Positions 32,542 to 42,670 of a DNA stretch of 64,000 bases are shown in pieces. Where the stretch lies: contig CAVVTZ010000007.1 of NCBI GenBank assembly GCA_963751275.1, positions 224,001-288,000 of the forward strand, read 5' to 3'. Within the stretch, counting starts at the first letter, position 1. The number at the start of each line of letters is the position of its first letter. Source of the DNA: an uncultured Gemmatimonadaceae bacterium. Its GTDB lineage: Bacteria; Gemmatimonadota; Gemmatimonadetes; Gemmatimonadales; Gemmatimonadaceae. Both the position numbers and the translations under genes were made by a program. Below the pieces are notes generated by a model. The model searched no databases, was not told the origin of the DNA, and worked only from the letters and a program-made list of their open reading frames with translations.

Positions 32542-32592
32542 GGACTTTAGAAGGCGAACAGACGGCGGAAGGGCGAGAGCTCTCCGCCGTTT
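32542..32592. terminator. Probable terminator between convergent genes
   Basis: ACGGCGGA...TCCGCCGT hairpin followed by TT. Confidence 0.55.
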
Positions 32593-33549
32593 CTATTTGC
32601 GCTTCAGGACCTTGTCGGCGGCGGTGACGATGTTCGCGGCGAGCATGCCGTACTTCTTCATCAGGTCATCCGGCTTGCCGCTCTCGGCGTAGCGGTCGCC
32701 GAGGTCCACGAATTCCACGGGGCAGGGCGTGGTGGCGGCGAGGGACTGGCTGGCGGCGGAGCCGAGGCCGCCTGAGTGCATGTGCTCCTCGGCGACCACG
32801 ATGGCGCCGGTCTCCTTCGCGGCCCGCGAGAGCGCGTCGGCGTCGATCGGCTTGATCGTGTGCATGTCCAGCACGCGTGCTTCGATGCCGCGCGCGGACA
32901 GCTCGGCGGCGGCGAGCAGCGCCTGCGCCACGAGCAGGCCGTTGGCGACGATCGTGAGTGACTTGCCATCGCGAACCTGCAGCGCCTTGCCGAACGCGAA
33001 CTTCACTTCGGCGGAGTGGACGATGGGCGCCTTGGGACGGCCGAGGCGGAGATAGACCGGGCCTTTGTGCGCGGCGGCCGCGTGCACGGCGGCGCGCATG
33101 GTGTGCTCATCGCACGGGATGCAGACGATGAAGCCGGGAAGCGCGCAGGCGAGCGCGACGTCCTCCACCGATTGCTGCGACACGCCGTCCTCGCCGATCG
33201 AGATGCCGCCGTGCGAGCCCGCGACCTTCATGTTGATGTGCGGGTACGCCGCGCCCATGCGCAGCTGGTCGAATCCCTTGCAGAGCACGAACGCCGCGAA
33301 GCTGCTCACGAACGGGATCTTGCCGCACGACGCGAGGCCGCTCGCGACGCCGATCATGTTCGCTTCCTGGATGCCGATGTTGAAGAAGCGCTCCGGGTAG
33401 ACCTTGCCGAAGGTCCACGAGAAGGTGGACTTCGCGAGGTCGGCATCGATCGCGACGATGTCCTTGTTGACCTTCCCGAGTTCGAGCAGCGCGTCGCCGT
33501 AGGCTTCGCGGGTCGCCTTGCCGGTGGGCAGGTTCACGGGGGCGGTCAT
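32593..33549 (-). CDS. Transketolase C-terminal subunit
   Basis: DADLAKST, GIQEANM, GEDGVSQQ, GPVYLRL, TIKPID. Confidence 0.93.
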   Translation of the reverse strand: MTAPVNLPTGKATREAYGDALLELGKVNKDIVAIDADLAKSTFSWTFGKVYPERFFNIGIQEANMIGVASGLASCGKIPFVSSFAAFVLCKGFDQLRMGAAYPHINMKVAGSHGGISIGEDGVSQQSVEDVALACALPGFIVCIPCDEHTMRAAVHAAAAHKGPVYLRLGRPKAPIVHSAEVKFAFGKALQVRDGKSLTIVANGLLVAQALLAAAELSARGIEARVLDMHTIKPIDADALSRAAKETGAIVVAEEHMHSGGLGSAASQSLAATTPCPVEFVDLGDRYAESGKPDDLMKKYGMLAANIVTAADKVLKRK

Positions 33550-34382
33550 TCTCCGAGCTCCGCGAGGGCGATCTTCAACTGGTCCGGCGTGGGCGCCTTT
33601 CCATGGAATTCGTTGTTGTTCTCCATGAAGCTCACGCCTTTCCCCTTCACGGTGTGCGCGACGATGCAGCTGGGGCCGTCGCGGTGCGCCTTGGCGGTGG
33701 TGAGCGCGGCGATCACCGCCGCCAGATCGTGTCCGTCCACTTCCTGCGTGTGCCAGCCAAAATCCTTGAATTTGGCCGGCAGCGGCGCGAGGGAGTTGAT
33801 GTCCCGCACCTCGCCATCCAGCTGGTAGCGGTTCGAGTCGACGATCGCGGTGAGTGAACCGAGCTTGTAGTTGCCGGCGGTCATCGTCGCTTCCCACACC
33901 TGACCCTCCTGGCACTCGCCATCGCCCATCAGGACGTACGTGTGGTAGTCCTTGCCATCGAGGCGCGCGGCGATCGCGTGGCCGATGCCGATCGACAAAC
34001 CTTGTCCGAGCGACCCGGTGCTCGCTTCGATGCCCGGGGTCAGCCCCTGCACGGGGTGGCCCTGCATGCGGGAGTTCACCTGCCGCAGCGTCATGAGTTC
34101 GCTCACCGGGAAGTAGCCGCATTCGGCGAGCGCGGCATAGAGCGCCGGCACGCCGTGTCCCTTGCTCAGGATGAAACGGTCGCGGTCTGGCCACTCGGGG
34201 CGCTTCGCGTCGTGGCGCAGCAGGCCGCCGAAATAGAGCGCCGTGATGATCTCGACTTCGGAGAGCGAGCCGCCCGGATGACCGCTGTTCGCGGCCGCGA
34301 TCATCTTGAGGATATGGCGCCGCAGCGTACGCGCGGTGGTCTCGAGCTGCTGGATCGATGGCTGCTGGGCGACGGCGGACAT
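33546..34382 (-). CDS. Transketolase N-terminal (ThDP-binding) subunit
   Basis: SGHPGG, RDRFILSKGH, STGSLGQG, GDGECQEG...N. Confidence 0.95.
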   Translation of the reverse strand: MSAVAQQPSIQQLETTARTLRRHILKMIAAANSGHPGGSLSEVEIITALYFGGLLRHDAKRPEWPDRDRFILSKGHGVPALYAALAECGYFPVSELMTLRQVNSRMQGHPVQGLTPGIEASTGSLGQGLSIGIGHAIAARLDGKDYHTYVLMGDGECQEGQVWEATMTAGNYKLGSLTAIVDSNRYQLDGEVRDINSLAPLPAKFKDFGWHTQEVDGHDLAAVIAALTTAKAHRDGPSCIVAHTVKGKGVSFMENNNEFHGKAPTPDQLKIALAELGE

Positions 34383-34456
34383 TCGTGCGGGCGACGGGTG
34401 GGAGGGGAAGAAAGTGAATATATCCGCGGCGCACCGCGCGCGTCAGCGCCGGCGCG

Positions 34457-35623
34457 CTATCCGGAACCCGCCGTGGGACCGTCGATCTCGAAGCCGCCGC
34501 CGAGAGTGTCCTGCACGTACAGCATGCGCACCGGCACGATGATCGCGGCGAGCAATGGCACCGCCACGAGCATCCCCGAGAAGCCGAAGAGGATCGCCAT
34601 CAAGCCTTGCACCACGAGCGTCAGCGCCGGCGGGAGGTCCATGCCGCCCTGCATCAGCTTCGGGATGAGGACGTTGTTCTCCAGCTGCTGGATGATGATC
34701 GCCGCGAGGAGCACCCAGAGCGCCTTGCTGGGCGAATCGAGGAAGGCCATCGACACGGCGATCGCGCCGCTGAGGATCGGGCCGAGCGTGGGGATGAACT
34801 CGAGGAGTCCCGCGATGAGCGCCAGCGCGAAGGCCGCGTGTACGCCGATGATCCAGAAGGCGATGAAGCTCGTGACGCCGATCACGACCATCGCGATGAA
34901 CTGCGTCACGAGCCACTTGCGCAGCGTGCGCGCGGTGGCGGCCATCACCTCGTTCGCGCGAGGGCGCATCGCCGGCGGGAAGAGCGAGAGGAGGCCGCGG
35001 CGATACAGGTCCGCCTCTCCGCCCACATAGATGGCGAGCACGACCATCAGGCCGATGCTCGCGAGCACGGTCAAGGAGGCGCCGAGGATGTCGAAGAAGT
35101 ACTTGGTGGCGATGTTGAGGCCGTCGCTGATCTGCTGCGCGATGTCGACGCGCTTCCGGCGGCTCGCGCTGGCCGTCGTGGCGGTGTCCCCCGACACGGC
35201 CGCGGTCTGGTCGGCGATCAAAGTGCTCGCCACGCCGTTCGTGCGCTCGTTGAGCCACGCCTCCAGCCGGGAGAGCGATGCCGGCAGGTTGGCGCGGATC
35301 TCGGTGCTCTGCCGGATGAGCGTCGGTCCGACGTACGACGCGATCCCCGTCAGCACCCCGATGAACGTGAAGACAATGAGCGCGGCGGCGGCCATCCGCG
35401 GGATCCGGAAGCGGGCCTTCAGGGTCGTCGCGCCCGCCGAGACCGCGACGCCGAACAGCACCCCGAGGAAGACGAGCAGGATCACGTCGCTCGCGCGCCA
35501 GATCACCGCGAGCGCCGTCCCGAAGAGCGTGATCAAGCCGCAGGTGCGCAGGATGGCCGCGTTCGTCCAGCCGTCCGAACGCGGATGGATCGGCTGCGAA
35601 GAGCGATGGACGGGAGAGGACAT
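34457..35623 (-). CDS. AI-2E family transporter
   Basis: LEFIPTLGP, QQLENNVLIPK, GMLVAVP. Confidence 0.9.
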   Translation of the reverse strand: MSSPVHRSSQPIHPRSDGWTNAAILRTCGLITLFGTALAVIWRASDVILLVFLGVLFGVAVSAGATTLKARFRIPRMAAAALIVFTFIGVLTGIASYVGPTLIRQSTEIRANLPASLSRLEAWLNERTNGVASTLIADQTAAVSGDTATTASASRRKRVDIAQQISDGLNIATKYFFDILGASLTVLASIGLMVVLAIYVGGEADLYRRGLLSLFPPAMRPRANEVMAATARTLRKWLVTQFIAMVVIGVTSFIAFWIIGVHAAFALALIAGLLEFIPTLGPILSGAIAVSMAFLDSPSKALWVLLAAIIIQQLENNVLIPKLMQGGMDLPPALTLVVQGLMAILFGFSGMLVAVPLLAAIIVPVRMLYVQDTLGGGFEIDGPTAGSG

Positions 35624-35750
35624 GGACCGCCGTGGAGAGGTACGAGGAAGAACGCCGGACAGATGATGCACCCCGGCGCCGCGCTGCGGAAGCTTCCGCC
35701 GCGGCGGTCCTGGTGAGAGATTCGTCTTGAACGGCCATCCGAGGATCGCA

Positions 35751-36894
35751 TTGCCGCAGCGCATCAGCACGCTGGCGCCACTCTACATCGACACGCCCGA
35801 CGCCGCGGCGAAGTTCTTCGCGTCGCTCCCCGCGTCGGGCGCGATCGCGCTCGACACCGAGGGCGCGAGCTTCCACCGCTTCGTCGACCGCATCTACCTG
35901 CTCCAGGTGAGCGCGCCGGGCGTGACCGCCGTGCTCGATCCGCTCACGATCGGCGCGCCCACGCGCATGGGCGAACTGCTCCAGTCGCGCGCGGTGGAGG
36001 TGGTGCTGCACGACGCGGACTACGACCTCCGCCTGCTGCATCAGGACTACGGCTGGCACGCCAATCACATTCGACACGCGCGTCGCCGCGCAGCTGCTCG
36101 GCATCAAGGCCTTCGGGCTCGCCGCGCTGCTCGAGCGCTACTTCGGCGTCAAGCTCGACAAGAAGTTCCAGCGCGCCGACTGGTCGCTGCGCCCGCTCTC
36201 GAAAGGCATGCTCGAGTACGCCGCGCTCGACACCGCCTTCCTGCTGGACTTGAGCGACAAGATGCGTGCCGAGCTCGACCGCATGGGCCGCCTCTCGTGG
36301 GCCATGGAGGAGTTCGAGGGGCTCGAAGGCACGAAGTGGGAGCGCGAGGACCCGGCGCTCGCGTTCATGCGTATGAAGGGCGCGCGCGACCTGTCGCGCC
36401 GCGAGCTCGCGGTGTTCGGTGAAGTGGTCGCGTGGCGCAACACCGTGGCGAAAGAACTGGATCGCGCCACCTTCCGCGTGATGGGCAACGAAGTGCTGTT
36501 CGAACTGGCGAAACTGCAGCCGAAGTCGGCCGCGGAGCTGTCCGCGATCAAGGGGATGCCGCGCGGGATCGTCGAGCGGCGCGGGCGTGATCTGATCGAC
36601 GCCATCGCGCGGGGTATCGCGCTGCCCAAGGATGCGCTCCCGCGCTACCCGCGCCCGGCGCGCTGGGACAAGGACGCCGATTTCGACGAGCGCGTGAACC
36701 GGCTGCGCGGCGTGCGCGAGACCGCGGCCGCGAAACTCGATCTCGACCCGGGCGTGCTCGCATCGCGCGAACGCCTCGAGTCCATCGCGCGTGCGAAGCC
36801 GAAATCACTGGATGAACTGGCGGCGGTGCCCGGCATCAAGAAATGGCAAGCCGCCGTCCTCGGCGAGGCAGCGGTTCGCGCCGTGAAGAGCTAG
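35751..36894 (+). CDS. rnd: Ribonuclease D with HRDC domain (frameshift ~36070)
   Basis: ALDTEG, HDADYDL, (F)DTRVAAQLLG, DWSLRPL, YAALD, HRDC region. Confidence 0.87.
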
Positions 36895-37118
36895 GCAACC
36901 ACAACTGCTTGCACGCGGATCGCGCGGAAGTACGCGGAGCACGCGGATCGCCCTGCGAGGCGTGATGGTCCCGCGCTCGAGTGTCAGGTCTGTCTTCTTG
37001 TTGTTAACAGACAAGAATGGGGTGCCGGTCGACGCCCGCGGAACCATTACGCTCCGCGGAGCGATCTGCGGAATCCGCGTATTTCCGCGCGATCCGCGTG
37101 CAAGCAGTTGCGGTGGCT
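36895..37118. repeat. Long imperfect palindrome (CGCGGA units) between convergent genes
   Basis: Core arms 36902-36938 and 37074-37110 match 36/37; pairing extends about 35 bp further inward. Confidence 0.9.
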
Positions 37119-37126
37119 CTGAAAAG

Positions 37127-37447
37127 CTAGAACCCGAGATACGTCCTGATCCTCGGCTCGATGCGTTCCGGCGTCCAGGGCGGATCCCAGATCAAGTTCA
37201 CCGCGACCCCGGTCACGCCCTCGACGCCCTTCGCGGCTTCCTCGGCGCCGGTCATGATCTCGGGGCCCGACGGACAGCCCGGCGACGTGAGCGACATGTC
37301 GATCACGACGTCGCCGCCCGTGACGGTGATGCCGTAGACCAATCCGATGTCGATGATGTTCAGATTCAGCTCGGGGTCCTTCACGCGGCGCAGCGCGAGC
37401 CGGATCTGGTCCTCCGTCACGCCGGCCGGCGACGCGGGCGCGGTCAC
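37127..37447 (-). CDS. DUF59/SufT-PaaD metal-sulfur cluster assembly factor
   Basis: VKDPEL..NIIDIGLVY, LTSPGCP, WDPPW. Confidence 0.92.
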   Translation of the reverse strand: MTAPASPAGVTEDQIRLALRRVKDPELNLNIIDIGLVYGITVTGGDVVIDMSLTSPGCPSGPEIMTGAEEAAKGVEGVTGVAVNLIWDPPWTPERIEPRIRTYLGF

Positions 37448-38799
37448 TTCACCGCGGCCGCGACCGTCGTTGTGCTCTTGGTCGCGGACACGCTCTTGGC
37501 CGAGGTCTTCTTGCCCGAGCCCGACTTCCCCTTCGACGAAGCCGTGCGCGTGGCGTGGTGCGTGTGGTGCCGGCGCGGCGGGCGCGGATTCCAGCCGTGG
37601 CGCAGCTCGGAGCGATAGGAATCCGGCATCGCGAGGAGCTGATCGGGATCGTCGGTCACCGACACGGCGGCCGCGTCGGCGAGATCGGCGCGAATGTCGG
37701 CGATCGCCTTCGAACTCCCGCGCACTTTCGGTTTGTACACGCGGTTCGTGAGCAGGATGACGAACATCTCGCGTGTCGGGTCGATCCAGATCGACGTGCC
37801 GGTGAAGCCGACGTGGCCGAACGATCCGTCGCTGAGATAGCGACCCGATCCCCACTGGCCATCGGCCATCGCCCACCCGAGCGCGCGGCTGCCCGCGGCG
37901 CGCGTCGTGAACAGGCGCACCGCGGAATCACTCACGATGCGCACGCCGTCGTACACGCCGCCATTCAGCAGCATCTGCGAGAAGATGGCGAGATCGCTCG
38001 CGGTGCTGAACAGTCCCGCGTGCCCGGCGACCCCGCCGAGCGCCCACGCGTTCTCGTCGTGCACGACGCCGCGCACCATGTACCCGTCCTCGGGGTTGAG
38101 CGAGGTGGGCGCGATCTGCTTGCGCAGCGAATCCGCGGGACGGAAGAAGGTGTGCGTCATCCCGAGCGGCGCGAACACCCGCTCGTGCAGGTACACATCC
38201 AATCCCTGGCCGGTCACGCGCTCCACGACGAGGCCGAGCACGATCGCACCGAGATCGGAGTACACGTAGCAATCGCCCGGATGGCACACGAGCGGCACAT
38301 CCAGGACCACCGCGCGCGCCTCGATGGGATTGTGCGCCATCTTCCAGATGTCGCGATCAGCGGGCAGCCCCGAGCGATGCTCGAGCAACTCGCGGATGGT
38401 GACGCTGTCCTTGTCGCCGCCGGAGAACTCGGGGAGGTATTCACGCACCGGCTTGTCGAGCTCGATGCGGCCCTCGTCGTAGAGCAGCATGATGGCGGTG
38501 GTGGTGCCGACGACCTTCGTGAGCGACGCGAGATCGTAGATCGTCTCGGCCGGCTTCACCGGCGGGGATTTCGACCCCCACGAGATGCGGCCGAATCCCT
38601 TCTGCCAGACCATCGCGCCCTTGCGTCCCACGACGACGGCGGCGCCGGGATAGCCGCCGGCGTTGACGCCGCGCTTCACGATGCGGTCGATGGACTCCAG
38701 GCGCTTCGCGGACATGCCAACGCTCGCCGGACTCTTGACGGGGAGCCCGGGTGCAGGAAGTGCCGTGGTGCCGGCGATGAGCAGGGCGAGAAGGAACAC
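37444..38799 (-). CDS. Serine hydrolase (class C beta-lactamase/AmiE-like), secreted
   Basis: ASLTK (SxxK), YSD, GHAGLFS, GHVGFTG; basic tail. Confidence 0.9.
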   Translation of the reverse strand: MFLLALLIAGTTALPAPGLPVKSPASVGMSAKRLESIDRIVKRGVNAGGYPGAAVVVGRKGAMVWQKGFGRISWGSKSPPVKPAETIYDLASLTKVVGTTTAIMLLYDEGRIELDKPVREYLPEFSGGDKDSVTIRELLEHRSGLPADRDIWKMAHNPIEARAVVLDVPLVCHPGDCYVYSDLGAIVLGLVVERVTGQGLDVYLHERVFAPLGMTHTFFRPADSLRKQIAPTSLNPEDGYMVRGVVHDENAWALGGVAGHAGLFSTASDLAIFSQMLLNGGVYDGVRIVSDSAVRLFTTRAAGSRALGWAMADGQWGSGRYLSDGSFGHVGFTGTSIWIDPTREMFVILLTNRVYKPKVRGSSKAIADIRADLADAAAVSVTDDPDQLLAMPDSYRSELRHGWNPRPPRRHHTHHATRTASSKGKSGSGKKTSAKSVSATKSTTTVAAAVK

Positions 38800-38979
38800 A
38801 GGACTCCGAACGTCGGAGATGAGCGGCGATCGTTAAGACTAATGGTACGCACACTCAAGACGCTACGGGACAAGGCGTTGTAACAGCGCCCGGCTCCTGC
38901 GGGACGACCGTGTGCCTGCATCGTCTGCAGTGTGAGGCGCTGCGCCAGCGGGTCTCTCCCCCACCACGTCCAAGCGTGC

Positions 38980-40149
38980 ATGAGTGCTTCGAGCCGCAAG
39001 AATCAGGAGATCGAGTGCCTCCGGGGGATCGCGATCCTCGCCGTCTGGCTATCGCACGTCACCAACCTGACACAGGGCGCGCGGTATCTCCCACCGTGGC
39101 TCGCCGCCGGAGGCGACGGCGGAGTTCGTTTGTTCTTCGTGATCTCGGGATACGTGGTCGGGCGATCGCTGCTCAAGGACATGCCATCACGGACCGGTGA
39201 TCCGATTCCTTCCGAGCCCACCGGGCCGATCCTGGCTTCCTTCTATACGCGCCGGTTCTTTCGCATCGTGCCGATGGCCGTGATCGGCATCGCCGCGGCG
39301 TTCGCCCTGATCGATGGCTTCCGGGCGATCGGCAGCGATCATGTCGAGTACCTGCTCGCGGACGCGGGACAGATCGCGACGCTCCGCTTGAACTATGCGC
39401 TGGTGGCCACCGTCAATCACCATCCGCTCTCGTACTACTGGAGCTTGATGGTCGAAGAGCACTTCTATCTCGTGCTGCCCGCGTTCCTGCTACTCGTTTC
39501 GCGCAAGAATCTCAGAGTGGCGCTCCTCTGGGCGATCATCATCGCAGCCTCTCTGGCGCGGCCGTTCCTCGCTGGCGAACAGGATGTGGGAGCGGCGATG
39601 CGCACGATCGCCTATACCAGCCATTTCGCCGTCGACTTCCTGGCGGCCGGTGTGTTGGTGGCGTTGTGGGCGATCCCGGATGGTGTGAAGCAGTTGGACC
39701 GGCATCGGGTCCCGATCAGGGTCCTGGGAGTGGGGCTGATGCTCGTGATCTTCGGCCTCGGCCGGGCGGGCGCGAACCTGTTCACCTATGCCATGCCCCT
39801 CCTGCTCGCGGTCGCCGCGCTGCTCGTGCTGCTGGCCGCGATCGACCGGCAGTTACTCTTCCCGGCCGGCACCGCCGCGACAGTGCTGGGCTACATTGGC
39901 AGCCGATCGTACGGGATCTATCTGCTGCACTACCCGGTGCTCCTGAGCTTTCGCACGGTGCCATTCTTCGCGCTGCTTGGCTTGCGCGGCCGATCGCTTA
40001 TAGCGGTGGAACTCTTGTTCGTCGCGCTGATCACGGTCGCGCTGGCCGAGGTCTGTTACCGCGTCATTGAGCGGCCGTGCATCGCGCGCGGCGCCGTGTT
40101 GGCCGCGTCCATGCGAAGCCGGCCGAGCCCGGCGCACGCCGGGCTGTAA
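38980..40149 (+). CDS. Acyltransferase-3 family O-acyltransferase
   Basis: LRGIA, FFVISG, FYTRRFFRI, WSLMVEEHFY, SYGIYLLH. Confidence 0.9.
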   Translation: MSASSRKNQEIECLRGIAILAVWLSHVTNLTQGARYLPPWLAAGGDGGVRLFFVISGYVVGRSLLKDMPSRTGDPIPSEPTGPILASFYTRRFFRIVPMAVIGIAAAFALIDGFRAIGSDHVEYLLADAGQIATLRLNYALVATVNHHPLSYYWSLMVEEHFYLVLPAFLLLVSRKNLRVALLWAIIIAASLARPFLAGEQDVGAAMRTIAYTSHFAVDFLAAGVLVALWAIPDGVKQLDRHRVPIRVLGVGLMLVIFGLGRAGANLFTYAMPLLLAVAALLVLLAAIDRQLLFPAGTAATVLGYIGSRSYGIYLLHYPVLLSFRTVPFFALLGLRGRSLIAVELLFVALITVALAEVCYRVIERPCIARGAVLAASMRSRPSPAHAGL

Positions 40150-40236
40150 CGACGCGCGCCGCGTTCCGTAGGGAGGTCGCGGGATGCGGACTCAGGCAAC
40201 CCTGCGCCTTCCCACAGTGACCAACTGGACGAGCTC

Positions 40237-40812
40237 ATGGAACCGGACTCCATAACGATCCGCCGCGCCATCCACGGCGACGAGCGCGCCCTGCGCCAGC
40301 TCTGGACGCAGTATGCGCCGCACATCGATGCGGTGGTGCTCCGCTTCGCGGAGGACCGCGACCTGGCCGCGGACATCGCGCAGGACGTCTGGATCCAGAT
40401 CTTCCGCGCGCTGCCCACGTTCCGCGGCGATTCGCAGTTCAGCACGTGGGCGCACCGGATCGCGGTGAACCGCACGTTGAACGCGCTGCGCAAGGTGCGG
40501 CGGATGGGGAAGGTGGAAGTCGAGATCGAGGAGGACAGCGTGAGCGTGAGCGACGATCACGACCGCGGCTTCCTCGCGGAGTCGATCGAGCAGGCGGCGG
40601 CGCAATTGCCGCCGGGCGCGCGCACCGTCTGGACGCTGCACGACGTGGAAGGCTACACGCACGAAGACATTGCGACACAGCTGGGCATCACCGCAGGCGC
40701 ATCGAAATCACAACTGTTCAAGGCACGCGCGAAGCTTCGCCGGCTGCTCGCGCACCTGATGGATGACCCGATGCCGGCAGTGGGTTATGGACATGCCGCA
40801 CCTCAACGCTGA
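40237..40812 (+). CDS. ECF sigma factor
   Basis: DIAQDVW...FRGDSQFSTW.HRIAVN; EGYTHEDIA...SKSQLFKAR. Confidence 0.93.
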   Translation: MEPDSITIRRAIHGDERALRQLWTQYAPHIDAVVLRFAEDRDLAADIAQDVWIQIFRALPTFRGDSQFSTWAHRIAVNRTLNALRKVRRMGKVEVEIEEDSVSVSDDHDRGFLAESIEQAAAQLPPGARTVWTLHDVEGYTHEDIATQLGITAGASKSQLFKARAKLRRLLAHLMDDPMPAVGYGHAAPQR

Positions 40813-41518
40813 AGCGCTGGCCGCACTGGCCGACACCGAACCGACCGCGGCCGACGCGGAGCATCTCGCCGCGTGCGTCGCGTGCGCCCGCGAGGCCGCG
40901 GTGTACCGCGCCCTGCGCAACGCCGGCGCGCGCACCCGCGAAGCGGTGCTCGACGCGCCGCTCACATCGTGGGCGTCGCTCGCGCCCGCGCTCCGCGAAG
41001 CCGGCGTGATCCGCGACGGCGCCGCGCTCACGACGCGCCTCCGTCCGTGGATGCGCGCCGCCGCGATCGTCGTGATCGCCGCCGGCGCCATCGCGCTCGG
41101 CCGCTACACGGCGCCCGGCCAACGCCTCGATGTCGCGCAGATCTTCCCGTCATCGACGGGTTCGACCACGCCGGCGCAGCTCGCGTCGACGCGCGGCATC
41201 GTCGCGCTCGACGGCACGAAGATCGCGACGCTCACCGACGCGCTCACGGTGATGCAGCGCGCCGAACACGACTACCGCGTGGCGGCGGCGTTCATCGCGG
41301 CGCACGACAGTTCGTACGGCCGCGGCGACACCGATCGCTACCGCTCGCGGCTCGCCGCGCTCGACAAGGTGTCCGACGCCGCGTTGCAGGCGGTGAACGC
41401 ATCGCCCGATGATCCGATCCTCAACCAATACCTCCTCTCCGCGCGCAGCGCGCGGGAAGTGACGCTCCAGCAACTCGGCGGCACGCTTCCCGCGGGCGTC
41501 CGCCTCGCGAGCTACTAG
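40787..41518 (+). CDS. Probable zinc-finger anti-sigma factor, single TM
   Basis: H...HLAACVAC motif, TM helix, overlaps the sigma gene. Confidence 0.78.
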   Translation: MDMPHLNAEALAALADTEPTAADAEHLAACVACAREAAVYRALRNAGARTREAVLDAPLTSWASLAPALREAGVIRDGAALTTRLRPWMRAAAIVVIAAGAIALGRYTAPGQRLDVAQIFPSSTGSTTPAQLASTRGIVALDGTKIATLTDALTVMQRAEHDYRVAAAFIAAHDSSYGRGDTDRYRSRLAALDKVSDAALQAVNASPDDPILNQYLLSARSAREVTLQQLGGTLPAGVRLASY

Positions 41519-41524
41519 GGATCC

Positions 41525-42664
41525 ATGATGCGCTTCACCCGATCGATCGCGGTCCTGTCGTTGGCGGCGGCGCTCGCCGCGCCGGCATGGTCCCAGGAGG
41601 CGCCGCTGCCCGCGCCCACGCCCAAGGCCGCGCCCTGCGCGCAGTGCGCCGAGCTGGAGAAGATGCGCGCGCAGGAGCAGGTCCTGCGCGCCGACATGGA
41701 CAAGCGCTACGAGACGGCCATCGACGCGCGGGAAGCGATGCTCGAGAAGAACGATTCCGCGTCGCAGGCGGCGTACTATCAGGCGAGCACGCGCTACGAA
41801 GTTGCCAAGCGCACGTACGACCGGTTCGTGATGCGCATGATGAGCGTGGAGATCAGCGTGGCGCAGCGGCAAGCGATGAAGATCTACATGGATCCGATGA
41901 CGATCCGCGTGACGCCGCGCCCGCCATCCGGCTGGCTGGGCATCACTTTCTCCGGCTCGTTCACGACGTATTCGGACAGCGGCCGGCGCGTGATGCGGTT
42001 CAAGGAGTATCCGATGGTCGAGTCGGTGGAACCGGACTCGCCGGCCGAACGCGCGGGCGTGGAGTCGCAGGACCTCGTGCTGGCGCTCGCGGGCCGCGAC
42101 GTGCTGAAGGGAACGCCAACTTTTCAGGAACTGCTGCGCCCCGGCAACAAACTGACGTTGAAGCTCAAGCGCGGAAAGGCGACACTGGACCGTACGGTGC
42201 TGGTGGAGCCACGTCCTGACTCGTGGGCGCCGCAGGTGGAGATCATGCCCGACGCGCCGGGCATGGCGCCCGAGGCGCCCGAGGCGCCGGAACCGCCGGA
42301 GAGTCCGTCGGGCTACACGCCGTTGCCGCCGCGGCCGTGGCCGGCGCCGATGGCGAAAGGGATGGGCATGTCGTACAGCTTCTCCTACGACAACCTCACC
42401 ATCGCCGGCGCGCACGTGCAGCAGTTCGCCGCGCTCAAGGATTATTTCGGGGTCGATTCCGGCCTGCTCGTGCTGAGCGTCCTGCCCGGCACGCCGGCCG
42501 CGCGGGCCGGCCTGCGCGATGGCGACGTGATCACGCGCGCGAACGGCGCGACCGTCTCGAGCCCGGGGCAGTTCTCACAGCTCGTGCGGCGTGCGCGCGA
42601 CACGACGCTGACGCTCGACATCGTGCGCCAGAAGAAGAAGCAGACGGTGACGCTGAAGTGGTGA
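41525..42664 (+). CDS. Secreted double-PDZ protein without protease domain
   Basis: Signal peptide, GWLGI...SPAERAG, Pro-rich linker, TPAARAGLRDGDVI. Confidence 0.85.
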   Translation: MMRFTRSIAVLSLAAALAAPAWSQEAPLPAPTPKAAPCAQCAELEKMRAQEQVLRADMDKRYETAIDAREAMLEKNDSASQAAYYQASTRYEVAKRTYDRFVMRMMSVEISVAQRQAMKIYMDPMTIRVTPRPPSGWLGITFSGSFTTYSDSGRRVMRFKEYPMVESVEPDSPAERAGVESQDLVLALAGRDVLKGTPTFQELLRPGNKLTLKLKRGKATLDRTVLVEPRPDSWAPQVEIMPDAPGMAPEAPEAPEPPESPSGYTPLPPRPWPAPMAKGMGMSYSFSYDNLTIAGAHVQQFAALKDYFGVDSGLLVLSVLPGTPAARAGLRDGDVITRANGATVSSPGQFSQLVRRARDTTLTLDIVRQKKKQTVTLKW

Positions 42665-42670
42665 CGCCGC

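Noticed and set aside
32593..34434. 613-aa single-chain transketolase
   Set aside because: Two genes with a 4-bp ATGA-type overlap, the common split form.
37444..38799. Antibiotic-resistance beta-lactamase
   Set aside because: YSD and GHxGFTG motifs fit esterase/amidase-type serine hydrolases; no mobile context.
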